DNA of 20,000 nt from an uncultured virus (IMG/VR IMGVR_UViG_3300037466_001780) (Duplodnaviria; Heunggongvirae; Uroviricota; Caudoviricetes): the IMG/VR virus record IMGVR_UViG_3300037466_001780. One strand, written 5' to 3'. Both the position numbers and the translations under genes were made by a program. Each line of letters opens with the position of its first letter. Position 1 is the stretch's first letter. This document shows, piece after piece, positions 7,257-16,400 of this stretch. The notes beneath the pieces were generated by a model that was not told the origin of the DNA, made no database searches, and worked only from the letters and a program-made list of their open reading frames with translations.

Positions 7257-9644
7257 TTAGTTCGGGTTATACGTATGCCCACCACCGCCGCCACCGTTGC
7301 CGATAACTTTCGTTTTCAGCAGGTCGGCCACGCCTGTTTGTCCCGGCAGTTTTGCAAAGGTGAGGTCGTCAAGGACTTTGGCGTAGGCGTTTTGTGTGCC
7401 TAGCGCGTCAGCGATTGCAGATTGAATTACCTGCTTATCGTGATCGTATGTTGCCGATTTCGGATCGAGTTTCGTAAGTTGCGTGGTGTACGTTGTAATT
7501 TCCGTACCTTTTTGCTTAATAATCGTGGCAAGATTTTTCGCTTGTTGCGACCATTGGGAACTTTGTAATTTATCGGCGTTTTGCGATGCTTTTACGATAA
7601 ATTCATTCATATCCTGATCCAATTTCGCTTTATTGCTGTTTGCTCGTTCGATAATCGCATTCGCAGAGTTAACTTCCGACGCTTGGTTATGCCGAACAGA
7701 TTCAGCCAGTTTCAGCGAGTCGATTGTCGGCTGTCCGGTTGTTGGATCGTAGCCTAAGAATTGCGTCATTTTCAGGTTGTATTCCTGCGATAACTTCGCG
7801 GCGAGTTGTTGGTTGGAATTGTCCATTTTCGCATAAGCGATTTTTTCGTTGCTATCCAGTTTGTCATAGAACTGCTTATCCTGTTGACCCAACTGGTCGT
7901 ATTTAAACTGAAGATTGCCCATATCGGTGTTGTAGCCCATCGTCTTGCCGAGAAGGTCGATCATCGCTTTCGCCCGGTCGGTCATATTCTTGCTTCCGGA
8001 CTCGTACATTTTTTGGAACAACTGTTGTGCGATTTGGCTTGTGTTGACGTTTGCAAACTTCGTACGCGCATCTGCTAGGCTTTGGCTGTACCCGGCTGCG
8101 ACTTTCTGTGCTTGGGCAAGTGCGTCTTGGTTCGCCCGAGCCAGCGTCCGGCCTTGTGACAGCAGGAGGCGGGTATCCTGATCGTTCGCAAGCCCCGATC
8201 CGGCAAGGCCGCGATTTGCCATCGCCTGCCGAGCCTGAAGATAGTCTTGGAACGTTTTATCCTGCAAGTCCTGTTTCGTGTTGGCTAGTCCAGAATTGAT
8301 CCGCGAGAGGTCGGCCTCTTGGTTGGCGTTTAGCGAGTTAATAAGATTCGTGAGCGCGTCCCGCTGTTCTTTGGCCTGCGCTTCGGCTTGGGCTTGGGCT
8401 TGGGCCTGCATGTCGGCTTCGCTTTGTTGGTTCCCGGTGAGCATATCCAAGATGATTTTAATAAGGTCGTTTTGGTCGGTCGGGGCTGCTGCTTCCGTTG
8501 TTCCTGTCCCGGTTCCCGTTCCCGTCCCGGCTCCTGTCCCGGTCGAACCTCCGCCAAACGTCCAATGGCCTGAAGCATCACGCTTCCCGCCGTTGGCCGT
8601 GCCGTAATCCAAAGCCTCTTTTGCGATTCGGTCTTTGTCGGCCTGCGTCTTGGCGTTCTTCCATTGTTGGCCCAAATCTGCGATATGGCGTTGAATCGGG
8701 TCATTATAGTTGAAGTTATTGATACTGCTTCCATAGTCAGCAGGAAGCGGAGGTTCCGCCGCCGACGAAGGAAGTTCAACCGGATTTGTAATAACAGAAC
8801 CCGGCGAAGTCGTGCCCGGAGGAATCGTTGGCGACGGCGGGGTATCAATTGAAACCGGGCCTGTCACTCCAGCATCAACCGGAACCGAGATGTTCGGGAT
8901 ACCCGGATCGGTCGAAGTGGTTGGGAAAGTCCATTTTCCTGCCGCACTCCGATGTCCGCCAGCGGCTTCCCCAATTTGTTTCGATTCCGCCGCGATACGA
9001 TCCTTTTCAGCCTGCGATGTTGCATTTTTCCACTGTTGTCCAAGGTCGGCAATCTTCTTCATAAACGGATTGCTAGGATCGAAGTTTTCGATACTGCTTC
9101 CGTAATCTGAAGGGGTTCCGGTTGCCGTTGGAGCCTCTACCTTCTCTACGGGCGCGGGCGGTGGTGTCACAACGGGGGCAGGCGGCGGTGTTACGACAGG
9201 CGCAGGCGGTGCTGTTGGAGCAGGCCCGGACACGACTTGCCACGTTTTTAAAAGCGGACTGTCTTTCGTAACTTCGATGATGTTCCCGTTAATAGGCGAT
9301 TTAACGTAATATTTCTGTGTATCAGCAACAGGCGCGATGACAGGCGGTGTTCCGGCCGGGGCTGAAGAAGCAGGTGGCGGTACGGTCGGGTGTTGCTGCG
9401 TCTGCGTCGGCTGCTGTACCGGGGGTGAAGTCGGAGGAGGCGTTGTCTGCTGGCTCGGCTTATTAGCTGCGGCAACATAGGCATCATAAAGTGAACCGCT
9501 GGAATTTGTATTCGTATTCGTATTCGTATTAGTAGAAGTAGAGGAACCGCTCGGGCCTGAAACGACTTGCCACGTTCTTAGAAGCGGGCTGTTTGCGGTA
9601 ACTTCAATGATATTTCCGTTAATAGGAGATTTTACATAAGGCAT
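7257..9644 (-). CDS. 795-aa repeat-rich protein, putative ejection/pilot protein
   Basis: N-terminal half is Pro/Thr/Gly low-complexity with two duplicated domains; C-terminal half is Gln/Ala coiled-coil containing MANRGLAGSGLA, resembling the RGLxxSG motif of podovirus DNA-transfer proteins; RBS AGGGAG at 9660-9655. Confidence 0.6.
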   Translation of the reverse strand: MPYVKSPINGNIIEVTANSPLLRTWQVVSGPSGSSTSTNTNTNTNTNSSGSLYDAYVAAANKPSQQTTPPPTSPPVQQPTQTQQHPTVPPPASSAPAGTPPVIAPVADTQKYYVKSPINGNIIEVTKDSPLLKTWQVVSGPAPTAPPAPVVTPPPAPVVTPPPAPVEKVEAPTATGTPSDYGSSIENFDPSNPFMKKIADLGQQWKNATSQAEKDRIAAESKQIGEAAGGHRSAAGKWTFPTTSTDPGIPNISVPVDAGVTGPVSIDTPPSPTIPPGTTSPGSVITNPVELPSSAAEPPLPADYGSSINNFNYNDPIQRHIADLGQQWKNAKTQADKDRIAKEALDYGTANGGKRDASGHWTFGGGSTGTGAGTGTGTGTGTTEAAAPTDQNDLIKIILDMLTGNQQSEADMQAQAQAQAEAQAKEQRDALTNLINSLNANQEADLSRINSGLANTKQDLQDKTFQDYLQARQAMANRGLAGSGLANDQDTRLLLSQGRTLARANQDALAQAQKVAAGYSQSLADARTKFANVNTSQIAQQLFQKMYESGSKNMTDRAKAMIDLLGKTMGYNTDMGNLQFKYDQLGQQDKQFYDKLDSNEKIAYAKMDNSNQQLAAKLSQEYNLKMTQFLGYDPTTGQPTIDSLKLAESVRHNQASEVNSANAIIERANSNKAKLDQDMNEFIVKASQNADKLQSSQWSQQAKNLATIIKQKGTEITTYTTQLTKLDPKSATYDHDKQVIQSAIADALGTQNAYAKVLDDLTFAKLPGQTGVADLLKTKVIGNGGGGGGHTYNPN
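8556..9107 (-). repeat. Duplicated 61-aa domain in the 795-aa protein (copies 8925-9107 and 8556-8738)
   Basis: DYGSSI.NF....P....IADLGQQWKNA..QA.KDRIA.E....G.A.GG.R.A.G.WTF; 38 of 61 residues identical by hand alignment, no gaps. Confidence 0.95.
9222..9638 (-). repeat. Duplicated 29-aa motif in the 795-aa protein (copies 9552-9638 and 9222-9308)
   Basis: YVKSPINGNIIEVT(AN/KD)SPLL(R/K)TWQVVSGP; 26 of 29 residues identical, with many synonymous differences. Confidence 0.95.
9508..9530. repeat. In-frame hexamer microsatellite (GTATTC)3 GTATT encoding a Thr-Asn run
   Basis: Directly visible in the sequence; a similar (GGCTTG)3 at 8385-8402 encodes a Gln-Ala run. Confidence 0.85.
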
Positions 9645-9669
9645 GACGAGTCAACTCCCTTCGGACAGG

Positions 9670-9698
9670 ATTTTATCATATTTTGGAGGATGTGTATA
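9670..9698 (-). promoter_or_regulatory. Candidate sigma-A promoter for the 795-aa / 1131-aa / lysis genes
   Basis: Minus strand: TATACA (9698-9693), 17-nt spacer, TAAAAT (9675-9670) with an extended -10 TG at 9678-9677; sits between a terminator and the RBS. Confidence 0.55.
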
Positions 9699-9701
9699 CT
9701 G

Positions 9702-9731
9702 AAAAATAGGAGGGCTGAATTACAGCCCTCC
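9702..9731 (-). terminator. Intrinsic terminator after the XkdX-like gene
   Basis: GGAGGGCTG (9709-9717) / CAGCCCTCC (9723-9731) perfect 9-bp stem; minus-strand tail TATTTTT. Confidence 0.85.
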
Positions 9732-9751
9732 CGTTGTCAGGGTATTACGTC

Positions 9752-9889
9752 TTAACGCGGCGTGGCGATAATCGTATCTGCTTCTTCTTGGGTGAGATAG
9801 CCTTTTGTGACCGCGTTTTGGATGCCTGTTTCGTCTATGGTGTAGTTCTTCCAACTGGAAAGGAAGTACGCATAGAGTCGGCTTGTCAT
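9752..9889 (-). CDS. XkdX-family small protein (45 aa), not in the ORF track
   Basis: Hand translation MTSRLYAYFLSSWKNYTIDETGIQNAVTKGYLTQEEADTIIATPR*; the AVTKGYLTQEEA motif is typical of XkdX; canonical position after tail fibre and XkdW-like genes. Confidence 0.85.
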   Translation of the reverse strand: MTSRLYAYFLSSWKNYTIDETGIQNAVTKGYLTQEEADTIIATPR

Positions 9890-9892
9890 CGG

Positions 9893-10471
9893 TTACACCC
9901 CCAAGAGAAAGTTTACGGCTTCTTGTGTTGCGGTTAAGTCTGACCGGATTTCCGAGATTTGCTCCGGAATTGTAGGCGGGGCTTCGGGCTGAATAGGATC
10001 GGGAACTTCGACCGTTTCGTAAGCCATCTCCAAGCCCTCTACATAGTAAGGACTATCCGCTGTAATTTCGAGCGGTGGCTGCGCTTCGTACCGAACGGCG
10101 GGTTCCTCTATCGTTGTCCAGTATAGCGGATTGCCGTCGGAATCTTGTTCCTGTACTTCTTCAGTCGTCCAAAGCTGAAGAAATTGGCCCGTACCTTCCT
10201 GCCCGACGATATCGCCGTCGCGCTGTCCGATTACGTTTCCTTCTTCATCGAGGATGTCGATCTGCTCGTAAACCGGACGGGTCACTTCGTACTGCTTTTG
10301 GACGCCGTTTTCATCCATCATTGGCACCCGAACTGCGACCATTACAGGGGTATACGTTGCATCCACCGTTTTCTCCTGATGCGGGATCGTGTATGTTACT
10401 TCCAAATCCGCTTGCGGGAGAAGGTAAAGCTGCTTACCTTCTCCATCCACTTTCGGCTGTTGTTCGAGCAT
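9893..10471 (-). CDS. Acidic XkdW-like tail-fibre-associated/chaperone protein
   Basis: Lies between the tail fibre and XkdX; C-terminal PPTIPEQISEIRSDLTATQEAVNFLL coiled-coil is typical of this position; AAGGGAG RBS. Confidence 0.7.
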   Translation of the reverse strand: MLEQQPKVDGEGKQLYLLPQADLEVTYTIPHQEKTVDATYTPVMVAVRVPMMDENGVQKQYEVTRPVYEQIDILDEEGNVIGQRDGDIVGQEGTGQFLQLWTTEEVQEQDSDGNPLYWTTIEEPAVRYEAQPPLEITADSPYYVEGLEMAYETVEVPDPIQPEAPPTIPEQISEIRSDLTATQEAVNFLLGV

Positions 10472-10475
10472 TCGG

Positions 10476-13400
10476 TTACACTCCCTTCACAAGCGGTCTG
10501 CCCGCCAGTTTGAAGTGGTCGTAAACGGCTTCTGTCGATTTGAAAAGCAACGTACTGCTTTTGCTTTTGCGGAACGACACGACAACCAATTTCAATTCCC
10601 CGGAATCTGAAACGAGCATAGGTAGATAAATAAGGGCTTCGGTCGGCAAGGTTGTCGGAATGCTGAACTTGTAATTTCCGAGAGCGACACTTCCGCTGAC
10701 TGTATCGGAAGATAGCCGAACATCTTGCGTACTTCCCCTTACAACCGATTCACTTGTCGTGGAGTTAGGCTCGAAGTAAAGTCCTGCCGTTGGTACAAAG
10801 CGGTAGTTTCCGCTCGATGCAAGCGGCATCCGTTTCAACGTAAGACTGTCAAACGTCGTCAGTACACCTTCACTTGTAAACTTATCCGCGATCAAGTTGT
10901 AATCTGCTGTCGGAGACGGCAGGCGAGTAGTGATATTTTTATCGCCTACCGGATCGCCATCCGAAGTCGCAGACCCCGTTCCAAGCGTCGTGATAATCGG
11001 CGTACCTACCGCGAGTATCTTCGACTTGCTAATCGAACCTTGCCCCTGATACGGAACATACCGATACCACAGTTCCACTTGGGACGCTTCGCCAAGATTA
11101 CCGCCGAGATACTTGCTCGATTTCGCCGGGAACCAAAGTTTCATTTCCTTCGTCTCGGGCCGGATTTTCACGATGTTGCTCTTGGTGTAATCCACGTAAT
11201 CGGCAAGGGTTACGTCCAGTTTCACATAGTCGGTGTAAATGTTCGACGGATTTGTTGCCGATGCCGGGTAAGTGGAGTGAACGAGAACGTAAATTTTTTG
11301 GTTATTGTCGATATATGTGTTACTGGACGTCGTTTGGCTGATGGTTGCAGGCGAAGATGTCGTATTCGTGCCGTAAAGCGTATCTCCGCTTGTAGACCAA
11401 GAACCCTTCCACGCTTTCAACGTCGCTCCGTTCGTCAGAACCGAAGCATTATCCCCCGAGCCGTACCCTGTCCACGAAATGGTCATGGAACGAACCGCCG
11501 CTTTCAGTTGCGCCGTCGTCATGCCAAGATGCGAGAGGTCGAATTCGTAAATAAACTGTGCGTACTCTCCCGTTGTGCCTGCGGAATAGAAGTCAAGTAC
11601 ACCGTCTTGTTTAACAATGCTGCTGTATTCCGAATTGCTGATTTCCCCTGTTACGGTTGTGGGATTTGGAAACGTTGAACCGTGCGTCCATAACCCCCGA
11701 TGCGGAACCTCCACCGTACTCCCCGCCACTTTGCCGAGGAAGTTGAGCGTGACTTTCCGCTTGCGCCCCGGTGTCCATTCGGTTGCGGTTACACCCTTTT
11801 GAAGTTTTATTTGGGACACGTTAACCGTAACCGCCGAAACACTTGGAGTTCGGAAGTATAATCTGATAGCAGAAGAAGTGTCTGCGTCCGCTTTTCCAGT
11901 AAGCGTAATCTTAGTCGGTGTAGAGGAAAGCGTTACAGATTGTGCCGCCATTTGCACTGAACTGTCGCGGTATAGTTGAACATTAATCGTTCCGCTACCG
12001 CTTACCAAGCATGTTGCGGTAAAATACTCTCCCGCTTTTGCACTTCCTGCCGATAATACACCACCTTCGGGTGAAGATGTTCCGGGCGTAGCGATGGTAA
12101 TAGTGCCGGGAGTTGTTACAGATAAAGCACCGCCGTTATACGACGCCCATCCAGAAGTGTCTAGTGGGAATGCTTGGTTTTGATCTAGCATATTTTCCGA
12201 CAATACCGGGAACGGGTTCGTCGGCTGCAAGGTCGTAAACCCGCTTGCTTCCGTTGTGCTGTCAAACGCAGAGATTGCCGACGTTTTAAGCGTGATGGAC
12301 AGTTCAACATAGTCCGTATTTATGGTCGAAGCCGTTACGCCGTCCGATGCGTCTGCGTAAGCTAGAGCGTAATAGAAGCCGTTAGAATCCACTACGGAAG
12401 AAATTACGGTGTTATTTCTAGTCAGTGATGTAACCGTTCCGTTGGTGTGGGAAGCTGGGCTTGCATTCCATGCGCCATTAATCCATTCAGCAACATAAGC
12501 CTTGTTTCCCGCAAGACCCGAACCGTATCCATTCCAAGTACAACTAATCTGCGTGATGTTGTTTGTCAGCCATGTCTTTTTACTCGCCGTACCGTCTGCC
12601 GGGATTTCGCCGTACTTATCTTCGATAGCCCGGATGAGGTCGAATTGGAAAACGTGCTGGCTTACGTCATTCAAAGTTGCGCGGCTTGTTGTCGCCAGCG
12701 TTCCATCCAAGGCAAAAGCGTTATTATAGTTTGCTTGGCTAACCTCTGTACCTCCCGGTGATGGAGTGAGTGAGGTTGTCGTGATGATACCTTTAAGCGT
12801 GTGTGGGACTAAATCTGTACTTCCCGACACTTTCCCCGCAAAATTCGCCTTCACGCTCACCGTATTCGCTGCAAGAAGTTCATCCCCGTTGACCGCTGCT
12901 TTCAGAATATCCGTCGCCACTTGCGGGAGTCCCTTGCCTGCCGGATAGTTGACCGCATACGTGATCGTGATGTTACTTGTGTTCGTGGTCGGAGCCGTGG
13001 TGATCGTGTACGTTGCATCCTTTGTGCCGAGTCCGCTCCATGTTCCGGCGATGCCCGTGGCAGTGACGGTTGGGAGGGATGAAGATGTCTCCAAAAGGTA
13101 TGTCCCGCTTACAAAGTTAAGTCCTGCGCCGCCTGTCCACGAAAGCGTAGCCGTTGAATTGGTAGAATCAACGGAATCCACGGTCAAATCTGTTACCGTG
13201 TAAGTCGAAACTCCGTCGAAGCGGGTTACATGATCGCTTGCCGTAAACTTCGAAACGTCGCTAACTTTAATTGTCGTTGGTGAAGTTACGCCTGTTTTAT
13301 CCTCTAGGATTTTCGAGAATCCCGCCGTTGCTCCGGTTATTCCGCCATAATCCGAGTGAATCTTAATCGTATCCCCGATAGCCCATACGCCCGATGTTGC

Positions 13401-16400
13401 TTGCGTCGGGATAACATGCTTCGGACGGTTTACGCCGTTCCAAGTTGGATCGACCACATCCACGACGGTTATCGACTGCTGCGGGTCGCCGTAGGCGATC
13501 CGTTGCCCGTTGAAGTTGCCACCGTTTATGCCCTCGTAGTGGAACGTCGAAAGCGTGCCGGACTGAACCATGTGACCGTTGGCGAGATAGTCTTTGTCGA
13601 GATACCAGCGTCCGTAAGGGACGAATGGGTTTACGACGGAGCCTTTTTCTAGTTGCGGGAGCAACTTCGATACGTCGTCGGGAACGTTGGTTGAAGTTGG
13701 ATTATTACTCAGACGAATCTTTACTTTTGCCGTATTTGCGGCTGTCGTGAATGTTCCCGAAGGCGCAAAAGCTGTTCCTTGCACTACAAAAGTGCCGTCG
13801 CTTTGATACTCAAAAACGGTAATCGAACCCCCGTTTGAACTAACGGAATATTGCGTGTTTGGTTGAACCGGGATGAGGTTAATCGTTCTAATTCGAGAAG
13901 TTGTACTTGCGTTATTGCCGCTTGAATCATAACTGCCTTGCTCCCACGCATCCACCGTTGTCGGGCAAAGATTCTCCACAAAATTCGGGTACGAATCCAC
14001 ATACGGGAACAACGCACCGATCTTATCCCCGCCAGTCCAGTTCGCGTCAACGTCGATCAGGTTGTAGGTGGCTTGGTCGATTTGGTAAACAGCAAGACCA
14101 TAAGCCTGCCCTACGGTATCCCCCGTCGTGATCTCCAAACTTGGGATAAGTGTCGATGCGCTCCCGGTTGTTTGATATTTCAGGTACGTTGTTACATACT
14201 TCGTCGTATCAGACGTATTGCTTACGGCGGCTGTACTTACTCCGGCAACGGCGGGATTTGTAGATGAATTTTCACGCAAGTACATCGAAACAAGACCGCT
14301 TCCGCTTATCTTCTTTACGGTCGCCACATAAAGGTAATACGTATTTGGCTGAACCGCAGTAGAAGTAAACATTTTATTAAAAGGTACGGTACCGGAGAGT
14401 TTGAATACGCTTCTGCCATCTTGCACAATCACAACGGTCGCAGAGCCTAATGTCCATCCGCTGACGGAATCGCCGCGCCCCATAACGCCGATCTTATTGC
14501 TCAAATCCACGCTCGTCCCGTCAGCCCGCTTAACCGCCGTGCTGTTGAGTGTTTGCGCCAGCCCAAGCGGAGCCTTCCGAAGACCGTAAACGTCCTTTTG
14601 CGCCAGTTTCGTATCCTTGGTCGTCAGCGCACCGCGCATAAGGTTATCGAACGTGGATTCGACTTCCATGTTCGGCATGAAGTTAACCGGAATCCGATGG
14701 CGAAGGTCGATAATGTCCGATGCGTCGATGATGTTGGAGTAAAGGCCGTCGGGACGATGATCGGGCGCTGAATAAAGACCCCACGTACCGTTGCCGATGC
14801 TAACAAGAGTTGTTTGATTCGTACTTGTGTTCATTACCGTTACTTTGTTAGACCCGTCTTTTGAAAGAACATACACGCGAAGCGTTGGATTGCTCCCGAA
14901 GTTATTCAATGTGTCTCCGACTTGAACGTTATTGTAATCTGCCGCAGACAGTGTAATTTGCTGGTTTGAACCATAGGGAAGTGATGGAGAAAAGACTACA
15001 GATTGAGTAGTCGCCCAAAAATCCCTTGCCCCGTTCAGATTATCCCGCCGATACCCGCCGCTGTTACGACGCTTGATGCGGAAAAGGGGAATCGCGTAAA
15101 CGTAGCCGTCGTTGGTGGCGAGGTTCGTCTTTGAACTTGCATCACCCAATCCGGCGATATACAATCCAACATCGTCGGTAAAAATTTTCTTCGCCGTTAT
15201 GCCTGTTGCTTGTCGCGCAGATGCACTATAAAACGTATAAACGTTCGACACATCAGGAGCCGTCATCGGCGCACCCGCACCGCCTTGTGCCAACGTGTAT
15301 TGGTTCATAATGTTAAGCGGAGTTGCGAATCCGTCCACGCTGTATGTCCCAAAATCCACGCCATCGACCACGCGAATACGCCAAGACAGTGTGCCGCGCA
15401 CTCCGGTAGGGAACCATGCTTCGAGGAATACCAAGTCCTCGCGGTATCCGTAGGTTGGCGGGGCGTTGAGGGTAATAGCGGAATACTGTGTTCCGCCCGG
15501 AGTGTAATCGGCTTTATTGACCGATATTTTATATCCGTTAATCACTGCCGTTTGTGTGGGCATCCCGAAAGAGTTTAGTGGAGTGGTATTGTTTTGTGAC
15601 CACAGCAATAGCGGGAATCCATTCACACTGTTAGCTGGAGTTTTATTCGCATTGAAGTCCACCACGCCAGAATAACTGCGCTGGCGTTCAAAATCCGCCC
15701 TTACAGCATCAAGTGAATCAAAATCAGATTGCAAGGCCGTACCATTGGGATTGATTGCATTAATCTTAACCCACGCCGTACCTGACCATCTCCAGAATCC
15801 GTTATTGCTAGAAGTGCCATCAGCAGTTACCGAGTAAGCATCACCAGTAGCAGGAGATCCGGGCAGAGCAGCAAAGGTTACAACTGAACCTTTCCATTGG
15901 ATAGCCATGTTGGTTTGAATCGTGGTGAAGTTGGTCGTTCTTGTAGATTCAGCACTTACACGAGCATTTTCTGCATTTACCCGATTTCCCTCATTATTCG
16001 CCCTTGCATTTTCTGCGCTAACTCTACTATTTTCGGCAGTTACCCTCGCACTTTCAGTAGCAGACATATTGTTAACTACATCAGCAAGTGTTTCTGTAAC
16101 GGTGCCATTATCTTGTTGAGTCCATACCCTAGTAGAACTTATGTAATGATTTCCTCTGCCCATATAGGAGACGGAAACGGTTTTGCCTTCTTCGCTTGCT
16201 GCAAACTGAACAATTCCCTCGCTATAGTCAACAATGAACCCGGTTGCGCTTAATCCGCCAATAGGAATAGTCTTATTTTCAACATAACCTTGAATAGTCA
16301 CTCCATTTTTTGAGACCGGGATTTCTGCGAGTTGTATTTGTTGATTGATGATCTTTTTTGACTCGCTTAGAGGGAGAAATGGGTCGTCTATCTTACCCGA

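Noticed and set aside
9508..9530. Phase variation by microsatellite slippage
   Set aside because: The unit is 6 nt, so slippage keeps the frame and only changes linker length.
9222..9638. 87-nt repeats as a DGR TR/VR pair or CRISPR-like array
   Set aside because: Only two copies, both in frame within one CDS, differing mostly at synonymous positions.
10725..11678. 317-aa plus-strand ORF, and the many other ORFs antisense to or nested in the large minus-strand genes (e.g. 1087-1599, 6256-6840, 10075-10524)
   Set aside because: Shadow frames of well-supported genes; Arg/Cys-rich or mirror-image composition and no family motifs.
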